From: Lingula anatina
Taxonomy: Eukaryota > Animalia > Brachiopoda
Direction: 5' to 3'
DNA length: 64,000 bases
Assembly (NCBI GenBank): GCA_051362555.1
Contig: JBPQGU010000016.1
Coordinates: 868,001-932,000 of the forward strand
Shown here: positions 26,957-42,088 of the stretch, piece by piece
Layout of the letters: each line of letters opens with the position of its first letter
Position numbering within the stretch: the stretch's first letter is position 1
The notes under the pieces: generated by a model
What the model saw: the letters and a program-made list of their open reading frames with translations, nothing else
Database searches by the model: none
What the model was told of the DNA's origin: nothing
Program-made: the position numbers and the translations under genes

Positions 26957-29900
26957 TCAGTCTCTCCACTCCAGTCCAAGGTTGAGCACTATGAAACTGT
27001 AGATGTCAGTCAGCTCTTCAATCTAGAAAATTAAACATTACAACACTCAGTTGCAAAAAAAAAAAAAAAAATGGCCCTTTTATGAAATGCTGTTACAATT
27101 AGTATAGCGTCTGAACTGACAAGTATTGTATGCAATTTGAACTGTCATAATACTTGGATCTTGTAATTGAAAGGAGTCACATACATGTACCTATATACTA
27201 AATAGAGTGTCAATTCCATACATTACTTGTAAGTTAATTGCTTTTCATTCTATACTTGCTGCATGTATTCTCTGCATTCCGTTCTCCCCTCTCTTTCTTC
27301 TGAATCATTTACTAACTTGAAATCTAAGCAATTCACACAATTCTAAGCAACCATTAAACTTGGGGATCCTTAAAATTAAAAGAAATAAATCACATACACT
27401 TATAAAAATCCCACACTTACCACTTTAGCAGTGGGTTTTCCCGCCCCATGCCCAGACTTGGTATCAACCCGGATCATCAGGGGGTTTGTCTGAATTTTTA
27501 CAAAAATTATAATATTTAAAGCAACTGTTTGATATTAAATATTAAATGGACGAAGAATCCAACATGCTCAGATACCAACTTGTGAAAATTAAACCAGTTG
27601 TTGCAGACTAGTAATTTTTTCTCCCCCAAAAAAAGGAAAAAGAAAAAACATTTTAAATATGGACAGTTTCATTTAAAATTTAACTTGGTTAAATTAGCAA
27701 TTTAAGACCAAGCAGTCTAAGTGACCAGTAATCAAGCTGAAAAAGTTGAAAATCCACTCTGAAAAAGGTTTTAAAAAAATAAAAATAAAGGATACCTGTT
27801 GAGGCAAATTCCCCAGTTTATGTTGCACTTCAGCAATGTATTTAAGAGAGTGTAGAGGCACCACTCTGTCGTCGTGATCACCGGTCAGTAACAACATGGC
27901 TGGAAACTGGACGCCATTGTTTGGCTCTTGGACATTGTGGACTGGGGAGTATCTGAAATGGTGCGAATTATGTTAATGAGAAAATGATAAAATTTTTCAT
28001 ATTTTGCCAAATTTGTTTTGTTTGTCATGTCTTAAATTATCTTCTTGCAATAAATAAATAAATAAATAATAATAACAAAAATTGAATGTCAACCACATTT
28101 CCCATGATCATAATCTTTATTTCTCAAAATTCCTAAAATTTTGAACATAAAAAATTACAAGCATCAAGTTGGGTTTGAGTGAAAATGTTTGTACTATATG
28201 TCAAACTAATAACCATACATAACAATTCTTGAAAGAAATGTCATTTGAAATAAGATGAAATAAGTGTCACAGAGCATTCATCATGGGTCAAAGGTCACCT
28301 GAAGAGGTCAAAGGTCACCTGAAGAGGTCAAAGGTTACCTGTAGAGGTAGTCAAAACCTTCCTTTTCATCACTGCAGCCATAATCAGTGGTCCAGGCATG
28401 TCCAATAGTAAACTTATGGAACTTTAACATGTCCATTACACTAAAGAGAAAAAATATTGTTTCTACAAAAAAATAAAATAAAATAAAATAATAAAGTAAT
28501 AATATCTATCACTGGCCCCCTTACAATTATAGCTATCAGGGTTTCCACAAAATCATTGACTTGAGGAACTTCAAAAATGTTCATCACACTACTGGGATAA
28601 AAATATTTTTTCAGTCTACAAAAATATCTATCAAGGATATTCTCACAGTTATCGTAACTATTATGATGGGGCCTTAGAAGTATGTTCTCGAGGACCTTCA
28701 ACATGTCTAGAACTGTATAGAGAAAATATTGCTTGAAAAATGTACAAAAATTATATATCCTAGGTGATCCCATAATTACAATTATCATAAACCATTTTAA
28801 AAAACCATATACTACAACAGTTCTGAAATATTCCTACATGGCTCAACAGATAGAGAGAGAGAGAAAAAATTAGCTTGCATAAGGCTTTGCCTTAGGTAAC
28901 ACAAGTTATGAAACATTCACCACTTCATAACTGAAAGTAATATGTTAATGCAATTATCACATGGCAAGTGCCCAGAATATATGATCAAGCCAGATATTTT
29001 TGTACATCTACTAATTTTCCGCAATCTGGGGCGCTAATCCTGAGATAGTCTCACTCAATGTGACACTGCTTCTAGTGAGAGGAAGGGCAAAAAGCCTACA
29101 CATCCCCCAACTCCACAAATGTCCCTAAAACTAGACATAGGACTTACCCCACTTGGAAATACAAAATATCCTGCTTTAAAATATTGAACCCAATTTGAGA
29201 TAGGACTTACCCAACAAGGAGATTTAATTTACCCCACTTGGATATGCAACTTGGAGATAACACTTACTCTAGCTGGAGAAAATACTTACCCCACTTGGGC
29301 GATTGCACATCCAAAAAGTTCTGGTTTCTGGTTGACACAAGCTCCCACCAACAGTCCGCCATTAGACCCTCCATTGATGGTGATTCTGAAACCAAAGATT
29401 TCATCGATCTCAGGTTTATTTGAAACAATCAAATACCATGAAGTTTAACAGTATTACAACAATTTAAGTATTGTGGGTAGTTTATAACTTATAAATGATT
29501 AAACAAATCATACACACCACCTATTTTTTGGGTAATTTTCACTAAATCATGCTATAATATGCAAGAACTAACAATGTTTTTCTGAATTTTTTTTTTTCAT
29601 GGACTTTTTTAAAGTATTTGTTATACAATTATTTATCATGGGCTTTTTTACAAAACCAAGTAAACACGAATATAGTTCTGCAAGTTACTTAGTACTGAGA
29701 ATTATTTTCTAACAAGTATCACAAAAATAAAATGCTTACCTTTTGTGGTTTGTATATTTTTCTTTAACAAGATATTCTGCAGCAGCTTGGAAGTCATCAA
29801 AAACATTTTGTTTCTTTTCTTTAATCCCAGCATTGTGCCAATCCTCACCATATTCTCTGGAAAAGAAAGAATAATATGGACTTTTTTCTTTCAAAAATCT

Positions 29901-32900
29901 AATGATTTTTAATTTTTTTTTTAATTTGTCTTCATGTAAGTAGTGCTTTGAGGATTTTTCAAAGTTGGTCTATTACACTAGGAAGTGTAAATTATGTGGC
30001 TGTTTGAAAAGTTTTCCATTGTCAAAACAATTTGTCTTTAGAGTTGTAGTTTCTGAGACCTTGTCCAAGAGAACTTAGATGCTTATATCACAGAGACATC
30101 TTTAAGCAAAGAAGACTCAGGGATTGTTTTCAAAATTCCAAAGGTTCAATTGTTAAAATTTATAAACCAATACATATATTTAAAAAAAATATATATATAT
30201 ATATAACTATCAAAAGTTACAGAGTGTGTAATTTAACTGATAAATTTAAATTCTGCAATAAATCTTACTAATTATTTATTCAAAATACATAAATTTATCC
30301 CTACCCTCCGCCACGAATATTTGGTACTGCTACAACTCCCCCAAGATGTTGCATAAATACAATTCTGGACACACTAAAGGTAGGAGTGATGGCAATACTG
30401 AACCCTCCATAACCATAGAGTAACACAGGGTGGGAGCCATCAAGCTTAAGCCCCTGGAAAAATATGATGATAAACATTATTTGTTAACTATAGACTATTC
30501 TCCACTATTTTGCCTATGCAGAGTTAAATTTGTCTAAAGTATAGGCCTATGCTGGGAAAAGATATGCTAGCTAAAGATGGCTATGTTGAAACCACCATAT
30601 CCATGGAGCAAGACGGTGAGAGCTATCAAGTTCAAACCCCTCAAATGAAAATTAATGAAATGAAACATATATGGTGTAGGTATACAATACTAGGCCCTGT
30701 TTTGTCATATAAGAGCACTGTTTCAGTATCAATACTGGTATGTTCATTTTTCATGCAATTTCCACCATGATTCCATTTATGTTAAAACAGTGAAACCATC
30801 CAGTCTCTATTCAGTGAAATAATAAAACATTTCACAAAAAAAAAAAAAAAAAAAAATGAGCAGGCAAATGTTTCTCACATTAAAAAAAAAAACAACATTA
30901 GTCACTTAAGATGATCTTAAGTTATTATAACTGTAAATCATATTTCATGTCAGATACCTTTCTGTGGACAATAAACATGGGGATTTTGGTCCCATCTTTT
31001 GTAGGGTAAAACACTTGTTTGGTCTCGAAAAGGGCAGGGTTATAGTCCTTAACTAGTATTTCCCTGAACACCTGGAAAAAAAGAACGATAATAACTAGAG
31101 GATCAGAGAGGCGATACCGCCTCCGAATATTGTACCACCAGCTGGAGCAAGCGCATTCGTATAGACCCCAACATACACAAAATAAGGGACACAGCCACCA
31201 GTTTTGTGCTTGACAAGCTGTAAAAATGCAATCAACAAGAATTTTTAAACTATTGCAAAAAATATATATGGTACAATCAAATTTAAGTTCTTCGTAAGGT
31301 AAATACTGGTAAATTGCCAGTATATGACTTCCTATTCAAGTTCAAGAGTAACTATGGACCTATCTCTGTCAAGTTTGAAGTTAAAAGAGAAAGAAATTAG
31401 CAGAGTTCAGTTCATGATAAAAAGTAGGTCAAAGGTCAATTTCAAGGTCACACTTAGATTGCCAGTATAGGACTTCCTATTCAACTTCAATAGTAACTAT
31501 GGACCTATCTCAGCCAGTTTTGGAGATAAAAGGGAAGCAAAATTTGCAAAATTCAGTTCATGGTGAAAAGTAGGTCAAAGGTCAATGTCAAGGTCACATT
31601 TAGATTGCCAGTATATGACTTCCTATTCAAGTTCAATAGTAACTATGGACCTATCTCTGCCAGTTTTGGAGATAAAAGGGAAGCAAAATTTGCAAAGTTC
31701 AGTTCATGGTGAAAAGTAGGTCAAAGGTCAATTTCAAGGTCACATTTAGATTGCCAGTATATGACTTCCTATTCAAGTTCAATAGTAACTATGGACCTAT
31801 CTCTGCCAGTTTTGGAGATAAAAGGGAAGCAAAATTTGCAAAATTCATTTTATGGTGAAAAGTAGGTCAAAGGTCAATTTTGAGGTCACATTTAGATTGC
31901 CAGTATATGACTTCCTATTCAAGTTCAATAGTAACTAAGGACCTATCTCAGCCAGTTTTGGAGATAAAAGGAAAGCAAAATTTGCAAAATTCAGTTCATG
32001 GTGTAAAGTAGGTCAAAGGTCAATTTTAAGGTCACATATAGATTGCCAGTATATGACTTCCTATTCAAGTTCAATAGTAACTATGGACCTATCTCTGCCA
32101 GTTTTTGAGATAAAAGGGAAGCAAAATTTGCAAATTTCAGTTTATGGTGAAAAGTAGATCAAAGGTCAATTTTAAGGTCACATTTAGATTGCCAGTATAT
32201 GACTTCCTATTCAAGTTCAATAGTAACTACGGACCTATCTCAGCCAGTTTTGGAGATAAAAGGAAAGCAAAATTTGCAAAATTCAGTTCATGGTGTAAAG
32301 TAGGTCAAAGGTCAATTTTAAGGTCACATTTAGATTGCCAGTATATGACTTCCTATTCAACTTCAATAGTAACTATGGACCTATCTCTGCCAGTTTTGGA
32401 GATAAAAGGGAAGCAAATTTTGCAAAGTTCAGTTCATGGTGAAAAGTAGGTCAAAGGTCAATTTCAAGGTCACATTTAGATTGCCAGTATATGACTTCCT
32501 ATTCAAGTTCAATAGTAACTATGGACTTATCTCTGCCAGTTTTTGAGATAAAAGGGAAGCAAAATTTGCAAAGTTCAGTTTATGGTGAAAAGTAGGTCAA
32601 AGGTCAATTTTAAGGTCACATTTAGATTGCCAGTATATGACTTCCTATTCAAGTTCAATAGTAACTACGGACCTATCTCAGCCAGTTTTGGAGATAAAAG
32701 GAAAGCAAAATTTGCAAAATTCAGTTCATGGTGTAAAGTAGGTCAAAGGTCAATTTTAAGGTCACATTTAGATTGCCAGTATATGACTTCCTATTCAACT
32801 TCAATAGTAACTATGGACCTATCTCTGTCAGTTTTGGAGATAAAAGGGAAGAAAAATTTGCAAAGTTCAGTTCATGGAGAAAAGTAGGTCAAAGGTCAAT

Positions 32901-35020
32901 TTCAAGGTCACATTTAGATTGCCAGTATATGACTTCCTATTCAAGTTCAATAGTAACTATGGACCTATCTCAGCCAGTTTTGGAGATAAAAGGGAAGCAA
33001 ATTTTGCAAAGTTCAGTTTATGGTGAAAAGTAGGTCAAAGGTCAATTTTAAGGTCACATTTAGATTGCCAGTATATGACTTCCTATTCAAGTTCAATAGT
33101 AACTACGGACCTATCTCAGCTAGTTTTGGAGATAAAAGGAAAGCAAAATTTGCAAAATTCAGTTCATGGTGAAAAGTAGGTCAAAGGTCAATTTTAATGT
33201 CACATATAGATTGCCAGTATATGACTTCCTATTCAAGTTCAATAGTAACTACGGACCTATCTCTGCCAGTTTTGGAGATAAAAGGAAAGCAAAATTTGCA
33301 AAATTCAGTTCATGGTGTAAAGTAGGTCAAAGGTCAATTTTAAGGTCACATTTAGATTGCCAGTATATGACTTCCTATTCAAGTTCAATAGTAACTATGG
33401 ACCTATCTCTGCCAGTTTTGGAGATAAAAGGGAAGCAAAATTTGCAAAGTTCAGTTCATGGTGAAAAGTAGGTCAAAGGTCAATTTCAAGGTCACATTTA
33501 GATTGCCAGTATATGACTTCCTATTCAAGTTCAATAGTAACTATGGACCTATCTCTGCCAGTTTTGGAGATATAAGGGACTAAATGTTATAATTTTGGAG
33601 TTACCATAATGTGCCTTAAATTTCGTACAGAAAAAATTAATTAAAATAAAGAAAATGTCATTTTGGTCAAAATTCTTGAAATAGGAGGTGCTCTGAAGTT
33701 TCAGAAGTTCAAATTTGATGAAATAATGTCATTTTTGAACACAAGTTGTCTGCTTTGCCAAGCCTTATGTTTTATTTTTCCAGAGTTCAAAATTTATTAT
33801 CCATTACCGTACTGCACATTTTGCTTTCACCACCAATATATACTTTTTCATACAGCGTAACTCGAAAACCGTATGGAATACAAAAAAACCGAGACCACCT
33901 CCAGTGTTGGGCTTTACATGCTCTACAAAATGCAAAAAAGAATGGGTCTCTAGCATTAACGGTTCCCGAATTAGAGACAGTTTTCAGTTTCGGTATCTTA
34001 TGGCCGCTACTCCCGTGAAAATGCACCGATTGACCCCAAATTCATAGAGATGAAAGATGACCTGAAGGGTAACACTTTCCAATAATATTATTGGTTAAGT
34101 CTGTGTGGTGTCTGAATAACAGGGCAAAAAATTTTTTTTTCGTAAAAAATTTCATTTTTTTGAAAATTTTGGCCCATTTGACCTTGAAGTAAAGGTCAAA
34201 GGTCAAATCCAAGGGTATATTTGAAATCTACACATATGACTTTTGGAAAGCCGTCTATAGAAATTTTTCCCATAACTCCTTCCGTAGGGTAGATAATTAG
34301 CATTTAATTTTGCCATTTTTAGACAAGGGTGCATTGCAATGAGTGCCACACCCAGACCCCAATACCGACAAAGCCCAAATTTTACGTGGAACGAGTTGAG
34401 ATTATAGGTGACCTAAATCCATGAGATGGGTACGGGGGCCCTTACCGTCTAGGAGGAGAAGCGGTAACGGTAGCCATCCGGCGGAGCCAACGGAGCCGGC
34501 GGAGCCGGCGGAGCCGGCGGAACGATCCGGACGGGACCGAAACCATGTGTACCGCCAGCGCTAACGCTGGTGGTACAATAATAATAAGCTAGTATCTCTG
34601 CAACTGTCACAGACATTGTAGAAGAACAGAGAGCTTCAAAAATAAGAAGAGAAAATTTTATTTTTGAATCATTTTCTCATTATTAGTGTGTTTTTTGTTT
34701 TTTTTTCGTAGTTTCAAAGCAGCAGAAAATTTTGGGTCTGCTTCAAATCTTCATATATAAGTCACTAAAATTATATTGCTATGAGCCAGTTATTTTCTGG
34801 TCTTGTGAAAGTTTCACACCTTTCATGCGCTATGTAATACAAGTGTTAATTTCCTTTACTTTGAAGGCTCCTGTTCTTGAAGAACTGACCAAATGAAGAA
34901 AGAAAGAGGGCAAAAAAATACAGTGGTTGAACCTGGAGACCATTAGAGAAGTTTGGCTCTGAAAGAAGTTCAATAATTTAATCTCAAAATAAGACATAAT
35001 TCAAAGCAGACCCAAAAAAA

Positions 35021-35063
<43 letters not shown>

Positions 35064-36527
35064 AAATAAGAAGAAGAAAATAGAAACATCTATAATTTTG
35101 ACATTTACCAGATGGCTTTTTCATTAAAACGAAGCACTGTGACACACCACGACATAATTTTCCATTAAAATAAATTACTAAATTTTAAAACAAAAACTTA
35201 CAGTTGGTTTCAGGGGTTCCTGGGTAAGGTCACACCTGTATATTATCCCTGGGGTCAAAAATGACATAAACTGATAGAAAATCTGAAAGGAGATGTTTTA
35301 AAATACTTGTTATTGATTAAAATAGTTAAACAAAATATAAATGTCTATCAAATAGCTTTTAGTCTAAAAGACTGAAAAAGTAGGAAATTTTCATCTAACA
35401 ATATCAAAAAGACATATTTTATAATTCTAAAGGCTCCTAAAATATATGTTATCTGAAGCATTCAGAAATAGACAACATTTTCATAATAATTATTATAATA
35501 ACAAAAGAATTACTATAAGAAATTTTTCCTATGGCAAGAAAATAACATCATCCTATTAAATATAACAGCTTTCCAATATTTTATGACACAGATCTATGAT
35601 ATACAAATTTTTATGAAACTGATTCATGAAAAAAAAACATTTAGACCAATTTAAAGGTACTCAGCACAGGTGCAATAACTGACTTACTTCGGAGTCCTTT
35701 TTCTTTCCGGAGTATCCAACAATTGTGCCAACCTCCAGAGGAAGTTGTGTCACCATCTTCCCAGACTGAAGATCATTTAGATACAGTACATTCTGGAAGA
35801 CATGAAATGAAATGTTTTATATGCTTAAACTTTTCAATTTCTACACTTACTTCAGCTGTACCTAAACAGAGCTTCCAATCACTACTGTTACTGTGACTTT
35901 CCTCAGCTTGTATTTCTTTCAGTCTCTTACAAATTGAAAAGCTTAAGCGTATAAAATAATCAAAAGACTACACTTTTGAATTTTTACCAAAATATGAACT
36001 GAAATGTGATAAACTTTTCTATAATATAAATAATAATAATTATTATTATTATGTGGCCCACTGCTGCAATATTCAGAAGGGTGAAATGAGTCAGGTCTAT
36101 CAAACTGGACTACGCAGATTGATTCAATTACATGGGCAGTAATTTAAAATAAATTACATATGGGAAAACTGCACCCATCACCAATTGGGAAATCTGCACC
36201 GATTACCAACGTGTTAATAAGTATCATCACCTTGGCAAAATCAGCTGCTGAGTTGTTCATAACGAGATTATTCTTCATCAACAGAACAGGTGGATGTGTG
36301 GCCTCATGTCCTGTTGTATGATAAAGGTTCAAGGAAACTAGTGTGTGGGCGCATGCTTGCCAGAGTTCTTGTGTAGGCAAACATGTGTTCCTTTCGTTAG
36401 GTAACACTTGCAGTTGAACATGCATGCAAATACATGTGCAGTTTCTGTACAAGCATGTGCATGTTCATGAAGATGAGGCATGTAAAACTATGTACACATT
36501 TAGGTGTGTGTGTGTGCGTGTTCATAG

Positions 36528-36565
<38 letters not shown>

Positions 36566-39500
36566 GAGAGTATGTGTTTGTTTCATAATCACACACATGC
36601 ATATGCGTTAATGCACAAACACGTGCATTTGCATACTAGTGTAATCAAGATGTACCTTGACATCCTGCATGTAGCAGAGGACTAATTTATTCTTGTTGAC
36701 ACATGCGGCCCAGTCTAGGACGTCTTTGGCATCCTCTGCCACCAGTATCTGCCAGTTGTCCTAAATAAAAAGAAAACAAACACATAATACTATTATATAT
36801 TGTTTTCAAAGTTTTTAAGTCTACTTCAGGGGCAACTTTCACAAAGTCACTCTAGCAGGAAATTAGTCAGTTCCCTGGCTCAGTTGACTTGGATTTCCAT
36901 GAGAGTGCTGTTACACTGCTTCTGATAGGGCAAGATGTGCCCATGTGACCATGTAACCTTGGTAATTAAGTTCTTAGTCAGGGAAATTGGTCTGATCTTT
37001 AATAAGACCAAACAAGGCAGCAAAGCTGTCAAATGTACAGACAAAAAGCAGGAAATAACTATGCACAAAATAGGCTAATGTCAATTCTGATGCAAAAGTA
37101 CATTATGTTAAACTGCAAATTTAACATCAAATTTTAATTATGCTCAACAGGTAATACCAATGTAAGTAAAATGTGTAACAAGCATAAGGCTTCAGGCCCA
37201 TGGGAGTTCAAGTTCACACTTTGAACATGTATAACTTCCAGAAAAAGAAGCCAATTAGACTGCTTTTCCAACTCAGGCTGCATGCCGATTTCGAACTTGA
37301 CTTGCGTTTTAGTAAGATCAATTACTCCTGTGAGTTTCATGACAACAAGCCTATTGGTTTTTCTTGAAATGTGTTTACAGTGTTGCATATATGCTGAAAA
37401 GTGAAAAAAAAGCATAACTTCTACAATAAAGGCCCGATCATGCTGATTTTTGAACTTGACCTGTGTTTTATGAATATTCATCAGCTCTGTAAATATAAAG
37501 CCCAAAAGTAAAACTGCCTTCCACTTATCGTGCTTACAATGAAAGTGCACGGCGACGGCGATGACGGCGACGACGGCGACGACAGACACAGGTGATGTCA
37601 ATATGTACAGACACATCTATATATATTTACTGTACTGTTTAAGAACAGTAATTGACATGGTTTTTCTTAAATGGTCATCATGGGAACAGTGCCCAAAATA
37701 GGTTTTTTTCAAATTTTGATGCAATATTACATAATGTTTAACAGCATAATGACCATCAATTTTTAACAATAAAATATTAGTATCATGGATGTTCAGAAAA
37801 TGTGACTAGCAAAGGTCTTCAGGCCCATGGAACTTCAAAGTCACAACTTGAAAATGCCAAAATGTAAACAAGACAGCACTGTTCTGAAATGTTTTTTTTT
37901 CCATTTTTAACAATTTTTAACATAAAACAAAATTAACAGTTTACTGCCATTTTTATATGATCAACTAAGAAAATTGATGAGATGGGAAAAATATCAACAG
38001 AGCAGTGTTAAATGTCCAATTTCTTCCATTCTGAGATTCTGAACATAGTGAATGATTGAATCTGACAAACTGCAATGATATGAGTTTTTTTCTATTTTTG
38101 AAACTTTATTACACAATACATGATAACAAGTTTACCATCTTTTTTACAAAATCAACTAACAATGTTGTAAAGATGCAGGAAATGTCAAACAAACACTTTT
38201 ATGTATCTTATTAGTTTAATAATGAGACTGTTAACATGCCTAAGAATTGAATCTGAGGAAATGTGAAAAATATGCTGAAAAGTGAAAAAACAGCATAACT
38301 TCTACAATAATGGCCCGATCATACTGATTTTCGAACTTGACCTGCGTTTTATGAATATTCATCAGCTCTGTAAATATAAAGCCAACAAGGCAGCAAAGCT
38401 GTCAAATGTACAGACAAAAAACAGAAAATAAAGATGCAAAAAAGGTCATTTTGTCAATTTTGATGCAATAATAAATAATGCTTATAATAGCACTGTCAGT
38501 CAACACTGAATTTTAATCTTGCACAACAGGTAACATGGTCAATAACAGGAGCGGACCCAGAGATATTTTCTGACAGTATTACAAAGTATCTATGTTGATC
38601 CATCCTCCATTTTGATGGTGTTCCAACAGAAAAAAATAGATACCAGTCAATATAAACTTAATAACCTGACTGTCTTCCGGAAGACCCAGAAGATGGTCTC
38701 AATCCACCCCTTCAATAAGATTACAGTTTCAGGACCATGAGAGTTCAAATTCACAATATTTGAAAAATGATGACAGTGCATAAAATAATATTACATAATG
38801 TTTAAAGACATAAAAAACAATACAACTGCTTATGTAGAAATACAGAAAATGTGCAGAACCCCAGGCAGATGACAGCCTGCCTGGGGCTAAAAGTCACAAA
38901 TGCAAGTGTTTGAGAAAAAATTATAAAGGAAAACAACAAAACTAGAAAAGCACTTTGAGAGTGCAGACCTCTGCCAAGGCAGCAATTGTTGATTATTATT
39001 GATAATTGATTGATTATTGATCCGGACCACCACCAAAAATTAATCATTGTCCTCTTTGGCCCACTTCCGACAGTTCCTGAAAATTTCTGCAAAATCAGTC
39101 CATAACCTTTTGTGTTATGTGGATGACAGACAAACAGGGGTGAAAATATAACCTCCTTGGCAGAGCTTGAGGTAAATATAATTCCAATGAAGCTGCTATT
39201 CAAACTTTTAATCTTCCAGTTTGATATATATATATATATATATTTAAAACTTATTTGCAATATTAAACAAAATTTACCTGCATAATTATCACTGCTTCCT
39301 TATTATTAATCTAGCAGAGAGCTTTACCTTTGGGAGTTTACAGGGAAATATCAACAAGTGTGCTTTACGTAATCTCATTTAATGGCCTATTAAAGCAAAT
39401 GACTTTATAACTCTGAAATTAATCTAGTGATACCCAAGGGTAATTTATAGACTGACCCACTCAAAGGTCTTCAGGCCCATAAGTCACACCTTAAGAAAAG

Positions 39501-42057
39501 CACAAAACCATAATGCCCAAAATAGGAGACTACCAATCCTGATGCAATAATTAATACATTATGTTTAACTGCACAGTCAACATCAACTTATGCACAACAG
39601 GTAACACAGACGAAAGTAAAAGCATAAGGCTTCAGGCCCATCAGAGTTCAAGTTTATACTTAGAAAGTGCCAGAATGAGAAAAATGAAAATTTCACAAAA
39701 AATGCATAAATACAATAAACATGATAATCCAATAGAGCTGGTTTTCTCATGAGCTGAAGGCCAATCCTAAAAATCGTACTTGTAAGTTTAAAATTATAAT
39801 AAGTAGCACAGTTTTCTTTTCATAATGTTTGCAGTAGCAGTGCAAAAAGATTGTCAATTTTGATGTAACATTACATAATAAATTAGAGAATAATTATCAC
39901 CAATTTTTGTTTATTGACTATAAATAGGATGGACATGTAGAAAATATGATTACCATTTGGCTTCATGTCCATGGGAGCTCCGAGTCCCACAATGAATATG
40001 CCAAAAAAGATAATGAATATAACACTAAAATGTATAATTTCCAGAAAAAGAAGCCAATTAGACTGCTTTTCTAACTCAGGCTGCATTTTAGTCCTGTGTT
40101 TCTTTTTTGAAAGTTTGACAGTCATAAGTAACACGGTTTTTCCATAATGGTCATCAAGGCAGCAGCACCAAAAATTGTGTTTTCTTCTATTTTGATGCAA
40201 CATTACATAATGCTTAACAGCATAATGACCATCGATTTTTAATAATAAAATATAAGTGTCATGGATTTTCACAAAATGTGACTAGCACGGGTCTTCAAGC
40301 CCGTGGAGGTTCTAAGTCGCACCTTGGAAATGCCAATATGTGAAAAATTAAATTTTCACAAAAAACTGTTTAATTGCCAGAAAAATTTACCAAACAGACT
40401 GCATTGCCTACTGAAGCTGTATTTTAGACCCATGTTTCTTTCCTGTAAGTTTGAGAACAGTAATTGACATGATTTTCCTTAAATGGTCATCATGGGAGCA
40501 GTGCCCAAAATAGGGGTTTCTTCAAATTTTCATGCAATATTACATAATGTTTTACAGCATAATGACCATCAATTTTTAATTATAAAATATTAGTATCATG
40601 GTTATTCAGAAAATGTGACTAGCAAAAGCCTTCAGGCCCATGGAACTTCAAAGTCACATATTGAAAATGCCAAAATGTAAACAATACAGCACTGTTCTGA
40701 AATGGGTTTTTTTTCCATTTTTAACACTTTTTAAACATAAAACAAAATAAACAGTTTACTGCCATTTTTATATGACCAATGAAGAAAATTGATGAGATGG
40801 GAAAAGTATCAATAGAACAGTTTTAAATGCCCAACTTCCTCCATTCTGAGATTCTGAACATAGTGGATGAATGCATCTGACAAACTGCAATGATATGAGT
40901 GTATTTCCATTTTTGACACTTTATTACACAATACATGATAACAAGTTTACCATCATTTTTACAAAATCAACTAACAATGTTGTAAAGATGCAGGAAATGC
41001 CAAACAAACACATTTACGTATCTTATTAGTTCAATAATGAGACTGTTAACATGCCTAAGAATTGAATGTGAGGAAATGTGAAAAAACAGCATTACCTTTT
41101 AAAATAATGGACTGATTATGCTGATTTTCAAACTCAACCTGCGTTTTAGTAAGATTGGCCCCTCCTGTGAGTATAATGACAATTGGCCAATCTGTTTTTC
41201 TTATATTGTGTTATCAGTGTTGCATATATACTGAAAAAAGTGAAAAAAAAACAGCATAAATTCCCTATAAGTGACCCGATCGTGCTGATTTTCGAACTTG
41301 ACCTGCGTATTATGAATATTTATCAGTTCTGTAAGTTTCAAGCCAAAGGGTAAAACAGCTCTTCATTTATTGTGTTATCAGTGTTGCAAAAATGCTGAAA
41401 AAAAGTGAAAAAATAGCCTAAATTCACTAAAAATGACCCGATCATGCTGATTTTCGAACTTGACCTGCGTATTATGAATATTCATCAGTTCTGTAGGTTT
41501 CAAGCCAAAAGGTCAAATGGTTTTCCAATTATGGTGTTATCGGTGCTGCATATATGCTGAAAAAAGAGAAAAAATAGCCTAAATTCACTAAAAATGACCC
41601 AATCACGCTGATTTTCGAACTTGACCTGCGTATTATGTATATTCATCAGTTCTGTAAGTTTCAAGCCAAAAGGTAAAATGGTTTTCCACTTATCGTGTTA
41701 TCGGTGCTGTATATATGCTGAAAAAAGTGAAAAAACAGCATAAATTCCCTATAAGTGACCCGATCATGCTGATTTTCGAACTTGACCTGCATATTATGAA
41801 TATTCATCAGTACTGTAAGTCTCAAGCCAAAAGGTACAATGGTTTTCCACTTATCGTGTTATCGGTGCTGCATATATGTTGAAAAAAGTGAAAAAACAGC
41901 ATAAATTCCCTAAGAGAGACCCGATCATGCTGATTTTCGAACTTGACCTGCATATTATGAATATTCATCAGTTCTGCAAGTTTCAAATCAAAAGGCAAAA
42001 TGGTTTTCCACTTATCGTGTTATCGGTAAAAGTGCACGGCGACGGCGACGGCGACAG

Positions 42058-42088
<31 letters not shown>

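Noticed and set aside
31290-33580. CRISPR-like array or repeated ~101-aa protein genes
   Set aside because: Monomers are contiguous with no unique spacers and no cas genes; the ORFs are by-products of the satellite.
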